Of a DNA stretch of 64,000 nucleotides, positions 26,215-39,017 are shown piece after piece. The DNA is taken from the NCBI RefSeq assembly GCF_004010195.1, contig NC_057719.1, positions 14,658,416 to 14,722,415 of the forward strand, given 5' to 3'. This stretch comes from Chiloscyllium plagiosum (Eukaryota). The notes beneath the pieces were generated by a model. It saw only the letters and a list, made by a program, of their open reading frames with translations. It was not told the DNA's origin and searched no databases. The translations under genes were made by a program, and so were the position numbers. Positions within the stretch are counted from its first letter, which is position 1, and every line of letters begins with the position of its first letter.

Positions 26215-26757
26215 GGGGTGGTACAGTAGTTTCGTGATTAGCACAGTTGCCTCACAGTTCCAATCGCCCAGGTTTGATTCCAGCCTTGGTTGACTGACTG
26301 TCTGGAGTATGTATGTTCTCCCTGGGTCTGTGTTGGTTTCCTTCCACAGTCCAACTATATGCAGAAGGCGCTGGAACAGCTCAGCAGGTCAGGCAGCATC
26401 TGTGAAGAGAAGTTAAGGTTAACATTTTGAGTCAGAAGGGTCACTGGACCCAAAACATTAACTTTGATTTCTCTTCACAGATGCTGCCAGGCCTGAGCTT
26501 TGCCAGCAACTACTGTTTTTATTTCTGACTTATAGCATCCGTACTTTTTGGTTTTCAAAGATATGCAGGTTGGGTGAATTGGCCATGCTAAATTGCCCAC
26601 AGTGTCCAAGATGTGCAAACTAAGTGGGTTAGCCATGGAGTATGCAGGGTTAGGGGGATAATAGGTCTGGGTGGGATGCTCCTCAGAGGGTCGGTGGGGA
26701 CTCGATGGATCAAATGGCCTGTTTCTACACTGTAGGGATTCTATAGTATTCTATGAT
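26215..26757 (+). mobile_element. HE1-type SINE interrupted by a family C fold-back mini-PLE (26365-26560)
   Basis: The SINE halves join across a duplicated atatgcag (26357-26364 / 26561-26568). Confidence 0.8.
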
Positions 26758-26809
26758 TCTAAACTAGCTGCCCCAAACCTTTCAGAACAATCCCTCCATA
26801 GAAGGGGAT

Positions 26810-27115
26810 GTGATGGCCTTGTGATATTGGCGCTGGACTATTAATGCATAGTCTGTCATAATGTTCCAGGGACTTTGGTTCAAATCCTGTGTTGACTACA
26901 AAATTAAGAATTTAATGATGACCATGAAATCATCGGCAATTGTTGGAAGAACCCATCTGACTCATTTCCTTTGGGGAAGGAAATTGCTATCCTTATCCAA
27001 TTTGGCCTGCATGTGACTCTAGACCCACAGCAATGTGATTGACTCCTAACTTACCTCTGGGCAATTAGGGATAACCTAGCCAGCAACACCTGCATCCCAT
27101 GAATGAATTGAATTA
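26810..27115 (+). mobile_element. SINE family 2 copy
   Basis: gatggccttgtgatattg head, ggttcaaatcc B box, catcccatgaatgaatt tail. Confidence 0.7.
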
Positions 27116-27174
27116 AGAAACATTGAAAATAGGAGCAGGAATAGGTATTCAATCAGAGGTTATGCATTAATGAT

Positions 27175-27385
27175 GAGAGTGGGGAGCTGGAAAAGCACAG
27201 CAGGTCAGGCAGCGTCCGAGGAGCAGGATAATCGATGTTTCGGGCAAAAGCCAGTCATCAGGAAAGGGCTCTTGCCCAAAATGTCGATTCTCCTGTTCCT
27301 CGGATGCTGCCTGACCGGCTGTGCTTTTCCAGCACCCCACTCTCGACTCTGATCTCCAGCATCCGCAGTCCTCACTTTCTCCTTT
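27175..27385. mobile_element. Fold-back mini-PLE, family A, with perfect 12-bp TSD
   Basis: About 80-bp inverted arms meeting at back-to-back HHR motifs; TSD tgcattaatgat at 27163-27174 and 27386-27397. Confidence 0.85.
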
Positions 27386-28124
27386 TGCATTAATGATCCT
27401 ACTCACAATGCTTTCACAAAGCATCCCTACTCAGTCTTTTTTAAAAAAGCATAAATAGTCATGAAGCATGATGATTTATGCCAATATCGCTTTTGCATCA
27501 TTTCCTCTATTTATGTTGTTATACAGATATTTTCTTCAATTATTTTATGCTGATGACATTCCCACTGGAATATCTTTCTAAAGGGTGACAATGTCAGGGG
27601 TCTGGATTAATATGAGCATGACAGACATCAGTCTGAAAGCATTCCTCCAATCTGTCAAGCATGGAAAAGTTTCCAAGGTTATTGACGTCATACATGTGCA
27701 CCATCTAAACAAAAATATTCAGCCAACTCATTCAAAATGTCCAAAGGAAGTTAGAAATTAGGATCCTGCATCCTGACAATTTAATACTTTAAAAGGAAAC
27801 CTTGCTCTCGTTTTGTGAGAAGATACCACTAATTCTGATTTGACACATACAAATTGCAGGTCGAAAATTTCACTTTGCTGTAGCTCCATGATCACCTCTC
27901 ATGTTCAACCATTTAATTACCACATCCTTGAATTACCACATCCTTAAATCAATTATTTATGAAGCAACTGGTCTTCTAAACTTCAGTTGAATCTTGCTGT
28001 GCTAAACCCGTTTGTTCTGTGATGGAAAAAACACAGATATTGTTGGAGAAACTGTGTAGAGCATCTGTAGTAGAGAAAGCAGAGTTAACGGTTTGAGTCC
28101 AGTTCCCTTCTGTTCTGAAGAACA

Positions 28125-29135
28125 AAGAACAATACAGCACAGGAACAGGCCCTTCAGCCCTCCAAGCTTGAGCCAACACATTTTGCCCTTCCATACTAAA
28201 TCTGTCGTCACTTACAGGATCTGTATCCCTCTATTCCCTTCCTATTCATGTATTCACCCAGGTGCTTCTTGAACGCTGCTATTGTGTCTGATTCCACCAC
28301 CTCCTGTGGCAATGTGTTCCAGGCACTCACTATCCTTTGCGTGAAAAACGTGCCTCGCACCATCTCTTTTAAAATTAACTCCCCCTCCCCTGCACCTTGA
28401 ACCTGTGTCCCCTAGTAATTGACCCCTCCACTCTGTGAAAAAGCCTCATACTTTCCACTCTATCCATGCCATTCACAACCTTATAAACTTCTATCAGGTC
28501 ACCCCTCAACCTCCTGCATTCCAGTGAAAACAAACCCAATCTATCCAACCTTCCTTCATAGATAAAATCCCCCAGACCACACAACATCATGGTAAACCTT
28601 TTCTATACTCTGTCCAAAGCATCCATACCATTTTGGTAGTTTGGTGACCACAATTGTATGCAATATTCCAAATGTGGCCTAACTAAAGTTCTATGAAGCT
28701 GCATGGCTTATGCCTGAAATGTTGATTCTCCTGGTCCTCAGATGCTGCCTGACCTGTTGTGCTTTTCCAGTGCCACACTCTTGACTCTGATCTCCAACAT
28801 CTGCAATTCTCAGTTTCTCCTTCCTGTAGCATAACTTGTCTATCCTTATACTCAATGCCCCTTTCAATGAAGGCAAGCATGCCATAAGCCTTTTTTATTA
28901 CCATATCTACCTGCGATGCCACCTTCAATGATCTATGGACCTGCACACCCAGTTCCCTCTGAATTTCAATAGGCCATTCACTGCACAATGACCTTCCAAA
29001 ATGCATCACCTCACATTTGTCCAAGTTAAACTCCATTTGCCATTTTTACACCGTGCCTCCAATTTATCTATATCCTGCTGAATCCTCTGACAATCCTCCT
29101 CACCATTTGCAACTCCAACAATCTTTGAATCGTCC
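28125..29135 (-). mobile_element. CR1 LINE fragment with an internal family A PLE insert (about 28705-28822)
   Basis: MEFNLDKCEVMHFGR..LGVQVHRSLKVASQVD; LFSLECRRLRGDLIEVYK. Confidence 0.85.
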
Positions 29136-30519
29136 GTAACTCAAAATGTTAATTCTGCTTTCTGTCCACGGATGCTGCCAGACTTGTTGAGTTTCTCCAG
29201 CATTTTCTGTTTTTATTTCAGATTTACAGCGTGTACAGTTCTGTGATCATAGAATCCCTACAGTGTGGAAGCAGACCATTTGCCCCATCAAGATTTGGTC
29301 TGTTGAGGCCCATCAGAGAGATTGGTTTCACTCGTTGTGAAATAGAGGAGATAGCCATTGCCTAATAATTTATATGCTAGAACTATGACTTTTTTTCCTA
29401 TTGTAACATCGGCCCATGCTATAGAAATATATAAGATAATAAGCAATAGGAATAGAAGTAGGCCTCTCAGCCTGCAAGCCTGCTACACCAATCAATAAGA
29501 TCTTAGAGGATCTGACATTCTTAATGTCCATTTCCCTGCCTTTTCCCCTTAACCCTTGATTCTGCCTTGATCAAGAATCTATCTCAGCCGTAAACACACA
29601 AAAGGATTCTGCTTCCACAGTGCTCTGGGGCAAGGAGTTCCAAAGATTATCAACCCTCTGAGAGCAGAAATTCCTCCTCATCTCAGGCTTAAATTGGTAC
29701 CCCTCAAATCCGAAAGTGCCAACTTTGACAAGTGGAGTATTCTCCTTCCCAGCATTAGGATTTTGCACTTTGTATAAGGAGAAGGTAGAAATAGTGAAAA
29801 TGGAATACCTTTCAGATCCATGCTGTTCACAATTGCACTGATTCTTGTTTGAGAAACGGTGAATTTTGATTCTTTCATTTTGTCAATCACTATCATGAAG
29901 CATGTTTGAAAAAGGACACATTTTTTATATTATTAGACCTGTTTATTAATCATTGAAAATTCCCTTATGTCTTCACCATCACTGCGCAGAAAATATCACA
30001 TTTTCAGAAAAGTCAAAACCTTCATCACTTAAAAAAATAAGTTAAAACTGTTTTCATAAACGTATTATTTACTTAACCTATAAAGTAAGGTTAAAGAAAT
30101 ACCACTAATAAAGTTGCCGAGAAGCAGCTGGAGCTATTCATCATTGTTTTACAACAGGAAAGAAGAATAGTTATAATTTACAAATCATTTAGTGATGGGC
30201 CAAGCCTATCCATTTTTTTTAACCAAAACACAGGGTGCCGCTATCGTACACAAGTTATCTATTACATAGTAGAGATTGTACTGTGCTTTAAATACTCTGG
30301 TGTTAACACTTGTGCCTACATCCATCTGGGAAAGTTAAGAAGATGAAAGCTGAGTCTCGTCAACTAGAGCATTTGTGACATGTGATAAATCTGTGTTTGT
30401 ATGTGTGACTTTGTGTGCATGGATATAACTCACCAGGCAAGAACTGATACACTCCAAAAGGACTCATCCTGTCAATTGACTTCAACAAAAACAAAAAGCA
30501 GAATGTGAAGCCATAATTT

Positions 30520-30930
30520 TGCCAGGGCAGGACTTGCACTATAAATGGCAGGGCCCTGGGGAACAAAGAGATCCAGAGTATAGGTTCATTGCTCCTTGAA
30601 AGTAGAGTCACAGGTAGACAGGGCAGGTGAAGAAGGCTTCCAGCATGCTGGCTTTCATTGTCAGAGCACTGAGTATCGGAGTCAGGACGTCTTGTTGCAG
30701 CTGTACAAGACAATGGTGAGGTCACATTTGGAACACTGCATGCAGTTCTGATCATGCTACTATAGAAAGGATATAATTAAACTAGAAAGAGGACAGAAAA
30801 GGTTTACTAGCTGGACTGGAAGATTTGAGTTATAAGGAGAGATTGGATAGTTTGGCACTTTTTTATGTGAAGCATAAGACACTGAGGGGTGGCCTTATCG
30901 AGGTCTATAAAGTGGTGAAAGGCACAGATG
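30520..30930 (+). mobile_element. CR1 LINE fragment
   Basis: Similar to 62775-63195. Confidence 0.75.
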
Positions 30931-31115
30931 TAACACTAAATTGAGGAACACTAAAGGATCTAAAATTGTAATTGGTGCCATGTACAGACCCCCTGGTAGC
31001 ATCTCTGAAGTGCTAGATTGTATAAGTGCAGAAATGAGGCCAAGTGTAGAGCCAGAGTAGTGTTAAACAGGGGATTTTAACTTTAAAATAGATTGGGAGA
31101 GGCAGACAAGCACCT

Positions 31116-31742
31116 CATAGAGTCATAGAGATGTACAGCATAGAAAAAACCTTTCCGTCCAACATGTCCATGCCAACCAGACATCCGAACTGAATCTAGT
31201 CCCACCTGCCAGCACCCAGCCCATATCCCTCCAAACCCTTCCTATTCATATACCCATCCAAATGCCTCTTAAATGTTGCAATTGTACCAGCCTCCACCAC
31301 TTCCTCTGGCAGCTCATTCCATACACATACCACCCTCTGCATGAAAACGTTGCTCCTTAGGTCTCTTTTATATCTTTCCCCTCTCACTCTAAACATATGC
31401 CCTCTAGTTCTGGACTCCCGATCCCAGGGAAAAGACTTTGCCTATTTACCCTATCCATGCTCCATATAATTTTGTAAAACTCTATAAGGTCACCCCTCAG
31501 CCTCTGACTCTCCAGGGAAAACAGCCCCAGCCTGTTCAGCCTCTCCCTATAGCTCAAATCCTCCCACCCTAGCAACATCCTCGTAAATCTTTCCTGAACC
31601 CTTTCAAGTTTCACAACATCTTTCCGATAGGAAGGAGACTAGAATTACACGCAATAGTCCAACAGTGGCCTAACCAATGTCCTATACAGCCGCAACATGA
31701 CCTCCCAACTCCTGTACTCAATATTCTGACCAATAAAGGAAA
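31116..31742 (-). mobile_element. Younger CR1 (HER1-like) 3' fragment nested in the older LINE
   Basis: KLERVQERFTRML..RLRGDLIEFYK..RVVCVWNELPEEVVEAG; (tatgactc) tail. Confidence 0.9.
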
Positions 31743-32739
31743 AGATAGAATTTCTGGAGTATGTCTGGGATTGTTTCCTTCAGCATAATATCCTGGACGC
31801 AAAAAGAGGACAAGCAATATTGGATTCAGATATGAGTAATGAGAAAATTTAATTAATAACCTTACTGTGCATGAACATTTATCAAATGCATGACAACAGA
31901 CTATGACCCTGATCTCCAGCATCTGCAGTCCTCACTTTCTCCTTATAGTTCAAACCTATTGAACTTTAACCTGATGTCATGTGATGTTTAACTTTGTCCA
32001 CCCCAGTCCAACACTGGCACCTCCATTTATCAAATAGTGATCACAGCACGATCGAGTTTAATGGAGCATTTGAAAACAAAAACATGAGTCACCTTACTTG
32101 AGTTTTAGGTTCAGGTAAAGCTGACTTTAACAAGATAAGACAGTGACTGTCCACAGTAAACTAAGAAAATCTGTTAATGAGTAAAACAACTGAAGAACTG
32201 TGGAGGGTGTTTAAAAAACACTTAACAAAATGCAAAACCAATTTATATCCCTGAGAGGGAAAAGCTTCACTTGACAGAAAAAAAACAGCCATGGACAAGA
32301 AAAGAGATAAAGGCCTGGATAAAGCTAAAAGAAATGGCTTCCAAAAATGCAAACTAAAAGCACAGATCCTACGGAATAGAAAAGATGCAAAAACCAGCAA
32401 AGCCACAAAGATCTCATAAGAGCTACAAAAGGAAATTTTCAAAATAAACCTGCCAGCGGCATTAAAATCAAGAAAAAAATTTACACTTACATAAAGTGAA
32501 AGAGAGTGGTCAGGAGCAATGTTGACCCACTAAAGACTGAAAATGGGATATTGTCAATGATTGTGGGGGGAAATGGCAGACATGTTGACTAATTACTATA
32601 CTTCAGTACTTAATCGAAAGGGATGATAGCTTATTGCAACTCTCGTGGAAATTAATGGTGAATTGGGAACAAGGATTGAACAAAATTAATGCAAGAGAAA
32701 CATGGAAACATCAATTGAGGAAATTAATTGAATTAAACC

Positions 32740-32859
32740 GTGACAAATCCCCAAGACTGGACAGTGACAAATCCCCAGGAAATGACAGTGACTATTCCCC
32801 AGGACTTGACAGTGACAAATCCCAAGGGCATGACAGTGATTATTCCCCAAGACTTGACA
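32740..32859 (+). repeat. 5 x 24-bp tandem repeat inside CR1 ORF2
   Basis: gtgacaaatccccaagactggaca-type units at 32740, 32764, 32788, 32812 and 32836. Confidence 0.9.
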
Positions 32860-34529
32860 GTTCCCATCGAGGGTGTTCAAGGAAGGAGGGGACAACATTG
32901 TGGATGCCCTAACTGTAGTCTTTCAGAGTTCCCTACATATAAGAGTCATCGCTCTGGATTGGAAAATCACACATATCACTTGACTTTTGACGAAGGGTGA
33001 AAGAGGAAAACCAGGGGCGTACAGACCAGTTAGCCTAACACCTCTGGTGGGGAAATTGTTGGACTCTTTAAGCAAGGATGAGGTAACTGAACAGCCTGAA
33101 ATTTTTCATTAATCAGGGAGAGCCAGCATGGATTCATAAAGGGTAGATCATGTCTGAAAAAAAAGCCAAATGGATTTTTTTGAAGAAGTGACTAAGGTAA
33201 TGGACAATCTCTATGGAAATTTTCTATATCGACTTTCGGAAGTCACTTGATAAAGTTTTACATTAAGTAAGGTAGAAGCACAGAGAATTGAGGGCAAATT
33301 ACTGACATGGCTGGAAATTTGACTGAATGGCAGGTGACAGAAAGTAAGGAGAATGTGTAGGTACTCAAATTGGCAGGATGTGACCAGTGCACAAGGGTCT
33401 GTGTGAAGACTTCATTATTCGCATTATTCATCAACAACTTGGAGAATGGCATAAAAAGTCATATATCCAAATTTATTGATGACGTAAAGTGAGGTAGAAT
33501 TGTAAATGATAGAATAAAATTACAAAGGGATATTGATAGATTAAGAGAAGGGCAAAACTGTGGTAGATGGAGATGAACTTAAGCAAGTGTGCATCATTTT
33601 GGACTGATGGAGGAGAGATCAGATCCACTTTCTAGATGGCACGAAGATAAATACAATGGATGTCCAAAAGGATTTGGTGGGTTCAAGTACATAGATTTTC
33701 AAAATGTCACAAATAGGAACAGAAAGTAATCAAGAAAACTAATGGGATGCTGGCATTATGTAAAGAAGACTGGAGTACAAAGATACAGACGTTATACTGA
33801 AATTATACAAAACCCTGATTAGACATCACCTAGAGTACTGTGAGCAGATCTGGGCACCACACCTTAACAAGGATATATTGGCTTTGGAGGAAATACAATG
33901 TAGATTTATGGGAATGATACCTGGACTCCAGGGGTTAAGTTATAAGGAGAGATTAGACAAATTAGGCCTGTTTTCTCTAGAATTTAGAAGGCTAAGGGTG
34001 ATCTGATTGAAGTTGTTAAGATTGTAACAGGAAAAGACAGGGTAGATAAATGATTTCCACTGGTTGGGAATTCTAGAGCGAGGACAAATAGTTTAAAACT
34101 GAGGGCCAGGCCATTCAGGAGAGATGTTGGGAAACTCTTCTACACACAAAGTCTGGTAGAGGTTAGGAACTCTCTTTTACAAATGACAGTGGCTGTTGAC
34201 TCAGTTGGTAATTTCAAATCTGAGATAGATACATTTTTGTTAAGCAAAGGTATTAAGGGATATGAGCCAAAGGCAGCTGTATGTAGTTGGACCACAGATC
34301 AAACATGATCTCATCAAATAATGGAACAGGCCCCAGGGGGCGAAATGGCCCACTCTGTATTCCTAGCTTAAAAATCATCTGTTCAACTGCCAATGTTAAT
34401 ACTACCAGTGCAATAAAGGTTACAATGTCATCTCATCTTAATGAACAATTGAGATAGATCTGCATAACCTTACTTTTTGCTTTTAACTTTTTGGGCTCCC
34501 CTCTTATTTCTAACCTGTATCCTGGAGTC

Positions 34530-34808
34530 CTTACAATCCCCAGTCACATTTGGCCCATTGAGTCTACACAAAACCTCTAAAGAACATCCCACCCAGACTT
34601 ACCCTTTGCATGTAACACTGCATTTCCCATGGCTAATCCACCTAACCTGTACTAGCTTGAAATGTGGAAGGAAACCGGAGCACCCAAAGGAAACCCATGC
34701 AGGGAAGAATGTACAAACTCCACACAGACAGTCGCCTGAGGGTGGATTCGAACCCAGGTCCTGGTGCTGTGAGGCAGCAGTGCTTTCATTGAAACACCGA
34801 GCTGGCCA
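34530..34808 (-). mobile_element. HE1-type SINE
   Basis: Homologous to 5211-5530. Confidence 0.8.
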
Positions 34809-35154
34809 CATATGTATGCGTATCATGTTAGTACTTCTTCTTAATCAATGAGACTGGTTAAATTGTCTCCTTTTGAAACATAAATTCATTTGAGTCTGGG
34901 GGAAAGGTATCAACAAGGGAATGGATCCTTTTAAAATTAAATTTGTTGCAACCAACTGAGGGGGCAGATATATAAAGAAGGGAAGTCAGTCTGTCCTTCT
35001 TCACTCGAGAGCTTAATAATTTTGGATTTTTTGTTTGGATATGTACCAACTTGGGGAACATGGCATGGGAACTTTTTGTAAAAAAATTGCATCACTTTTT
35101 TGAAAGGCGAGTTAGTTTAATGTCATATTCAGTGGGAGGATAAGGGAAAATGTG

Positions 35155-35350
35155 GTGAAAAGAACAAATGCTGGAGGTCACAGCAGGTCAGGCAGCATCC
35201 ATGGAGAGAGAGCAAGCTAATGTTTCAAGTCTAGATGAATCTTCATCAGAGCTGAAGTAAAGTGTGGAGGGGACAGTATTTATGCTATAGTTGCAGGGGG
35301 CGGTTGTGGGGTGTAGCGTGCTGGGGAGAAAAGATGGTGATAGCATGTGG
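35155..35350 (-). mobile_element. PLE terminus, family C variant, with HHR at 35215-35253
   Basis: Minus strand: AGCT-CTGATGA-A-gattc-atcta-gactt-GAAA-catt-AGCT, then ..gatgctgcctgacctgctg. Confidence 0.7.
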
Positions 35351-36433
35351 TGACTGTATCTATGTCTTGACAATCGCCAGAGTTACAGATGAATTAGTGA
35401 ACAATTATATTCCTGCTGTTGTTGATAGAATTGCATTAGCTTTTCACCCTTGTTTGAGTCATGGGATCAAGACTGCAGCTAGAATTTTAAGACTTTTGAA
35501 ATGAACTGACAAAATTTACAGAACACATCTAAAACTGATCTCCGCTGTCTAATGGATAATTTGTGTACATTTACTAAGATGATGCATTTCCATACCAATA
35601 AATGCAAATTAAGAGTGAGAAGGGAAGTCAATCTTTCAATGAAACCATAATACATGTTATCAGGGAAGAACAATGAAATACCCAATTTCATTGCAATCAA
35701 GGAGATCCTTTCCCAGATAGAAATGAAACAAATTGAGTTGATAGGGATCCATATACGAGAAAAGGGCCAAATGTAGTAGACTCTTTCCTGTTTCTAACAA
35801 GTCTGCAGTAAAGACAAAATGGAAACATTAACGTAGTACATCCAAAGATTTGTAGCTAACAGAATTTCCATTACATCTCAGTAATCTGTAGGTTGTTGAC
35901 AGTCTCAGAGCAATACCATTTCTGCTCTAGATCTGACCTAGTAATTAAAACAAAATCTACTGATTGGGTGCAGAAGTGCACAAAGCTGGGCGCACATATG
36001 GACCATTTCAACGTTTGGACTAAACCCAGGTAGTGAGTCAGGCTCAGCTTCTCGGACTTCAGGACAGCATGAAAAAAACATGAAACAATCAGAAATATAA
36101 ACAGTGGAAATTGTTGTAACCAGGTATGGAGTGATGATTCACCTCCCCGCTTTTTAACTCCCATCTGGTCAGTTGTAACAAATTATTTCATTTAACCATG
36201 CAGCTATCCCACTTCAATTAAAATGTCATACTGGTCAAAAAAAAGCCCCAATTGCAAGGTTTCCTTGTTTCAAAGTAAGAGGAATTTTTGCTGCACACTC
36301 ACCGATAAAGATTTTTTAAAATGCCATTGAACACACAGACAAGAGCACTAATAATTTTAAAAGGAACAGTGTAAAGGCTGGAAGAATATAAACTCTGCAG
36401 TTAAAACATTATTAGAGTTTTTGATGTGTTAAA

Positions 36434-37372
36434 TATTCCCTCCAACAATTTGCCCACCACCGATGTCATGCTCACTGGACTATAGTTCCCTGGCTTGTCC
36501 TTACCAACCTTCTTAAACAGTGGCACCACATTTGCCAACCGCCAGTCTTCCGGCACCTCATCTGTGACCATCGATGATACAAATATCTCAGCAAGAGACC
36601 CAGCAATCACTTTTCTAGTTTCCCAAGAGTTCTAGGGTACACCTGATCAGGTCCTGGGGATTTATCTACCTTTATGCATTTCAAGACATCCAGCATTTCC
36701 TCCCCTGTAATATGGACATTTTGCAAGGTGTCGCCATCTATTTCCTTACAGTCTATATCTTCCATAGCCTTTTCCGCAGTAAATACTGATGCAAAATACT
36801 CATTTAGTATCTGTCCATTTTCTGCCGCTCCACACAAAGGCCACCTTGCTGATCTTTGAGGGGCCCTAATTGTGAAACTTGAAAGGGTTCAGAAAAGATT
36901 TACAAGGATGTTGCCAAGGTTGGAGGATTTGAGCTATGGGGAGAGGCTGAACAGGCTGGGGCTGTTTTCCCTGGAGCATCAGAGGCTGAGGGGTGACCTT
37001 ATAGAGGTTTACAAAATTATGAGGGGCATGAATATGATAAATAGACAAAGTCTTTTCCCTGGGGTCAGGGAGTCCAGAACTAGAGGGCGTAGGTTTAGGG
37101 TGAGAAGGGAAAGATATAGAAGAGACATAAGGGGCAACTTATTCACACAGAGAGTGGTATGAGTATGGAATAAGCTGCCAGAGGAAGTGGTGGAGGCTGG
37201 TACAATTGCAACATTTAAGAGGCATTTGGATGGGTATATGAATAGGAAGGGTTTGGAGGGATATGGGCCGGATGCTGGCAGTTGAGACTAGATTGGGTTG
37301 GGATATCTGGTTGGTATGTACAAGTTGGACCGAAGGGTTTGTTTCCATGCTGTACATCTCTATGACTCTATG
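36434..37372. mobile_element. CR1 LINE with an inverted 5' segment
   Basis: 36434-36866 is minus strand (VDKSPGPD..EDWRLANVVPLFKK) joined directly to plus-strand 36868-37372 (KLERVQKRFTRM..tail). Confidence 0.85.
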
Positions 37373-38538
37373 ACGAACAGTTATTTAATTGTTGACCCAC
37401 ATCCTCAGCAGTGATGAAGTTTGTGGAGATCTTTGACATCTTGGTGAATTTTACCAATTATCATTTTCACTAGATGCTGTCTTTTGAGATGCTGAGGAGA
37501 AACCAGGGAGACAATCTTTCAGTCCTTGAAGTTATCAATCATGCTTTTTTTTCTTCCTGCCTTGTTGCTCAAAAGCAGCTCTTGAAATATTCAGTGTGTA
37601 TTCCTGAGTCTGACTTCATTGTCTTTTGAAGATAGATCATTTGCAGGTGAGCCCTTCAATGTGTGAAGTTATTTACTTATCTATGCTACTTAACTCTGCC
37701 TATATTGCTCGCAAGACAAAATGTTTCACTGTGCCTCGGTACACGTGACAATAAATTCAATACAAGTGTGAATTAAAGCAGGTCCTTTGTTTCTTGATGC
37801 CTGATTGTCTGAGTTTCCTGATGTGTTGATTGCCTGGTCTTTGTGTCTTTGGATAAAATGCTAATTCCAATGCAGACAGTTTCACTTATTTCACATTCTC
37901 CTCCTCTTTCACCAATCATATTTGCATTTTAGGGCAGTATTTTCACTTTGTTAAGAAAATAGTTTAGTCCAAGCAAAGTCTCAGGTAAAACAATCAGAGG
38001 ATAGGAGCTAAAATTTGGTAATCCACAAACATAAGAAAATATAAATAGTACATAAAGAGCAGAAAGAAAACAATTACAAAAATTATTTTGGGATAGAAAT
38101 TGATGTACAAAAATGGCCACAACATTTTTAAAATTTGACAGAAGCATAACTGTACCTAAACTGCTCAGGTTTTGGTCAGATTTGAAAGAAACCTGAATCA
38201 GGAATGATGTCTTTTTCATATGTAAAGAGGGGATTACTGTCTGTCATTGATGACTTTGTTTAGGTGATGAGGACTGAAGAACAATTTCAGTTGGTCCGTG
38301 GATCTCTAGTCTGTGTATATGCTTTTCATAAAGCTCTGAGTCTGAGTGCAGACCAGAATTTACTTCTTCAGGGCTAAACTAAATAGAGTTTGATGATAGA
38401 TAAGTAGATGAATATGAACAGATCTCGGCCAAGCGCAGGCAGGTGGGACTAGTTTAGTTTGGGATTATTGTCAGCATGGACTGGTTGGACCGAAAGATTT
38501 GTTTCCATGCTGCATGATTCTATTACTCTATGACTGTA

Positions 38539-39017
38539 GCCATGATGCCGTGGTGCTGGGGTGGACAAAGTTAAAAATCACACAACACCAGGTTATAGTG
38601 CAACAGGTTTATTTGGAAGTACTAGCTTTTGGAGCGCTGCTCCTTCATCAGGTAGCTAGTGGGGCATGATGATAGGACGCAGAACTTATAGCAAATTTAT
38701 AGCTACTCCTCATGAAGGAGCAGCGCTACAAAAGCTAGTACTTCCAAATAAACTTGTTGCATTATAACCTGGTGTTGTCTGATTTTTAACTTTGTCCACC
38801 CCAGCACCTTGTCATCATGGCTACAAACAGACTTAACAGCCATCTAGATTTGTTCAATATATAGTATCAGTTGCATGCCACTATGAACATGTACTATAAA
38901 TTCTGTCTTATGATACTGTCCCACTAGCTACCCAAAGAAGGAGCAGCGCTCCAAAAGCTAGTACTTCCAAATAAACCTGTTGGACTATAACCTTGTGTTG
39001 TGTGATTTTTTAACCCA
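38539..39017. mobile_element. Non-coding family B PLE-derived element: one inverted and two tandem HHR-bearing units
   Basis: HHR-like motifs at 38620-38654 (-), 38709-38740 (+) and 38929-38963 (+); TSD atgactgta at 38530-38538 and 39018-39026. Confidence 0.8.

Larger units (their letters stand above)
30940..34365 (+). mobile_element. Old CR1-type LINE ORF2 fossil (endonuclease through RT to 3' UTR), multiply interrupted
   Basis: VIGAMYRPPGS (APE endonuclease), EFLE..D.FLQ..RGQAILD, YRPVSLT, QHGFIKGRSCL, ISKFIDD, RLRGDLIEV remnants in the expected order. Confidence 0.8.
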
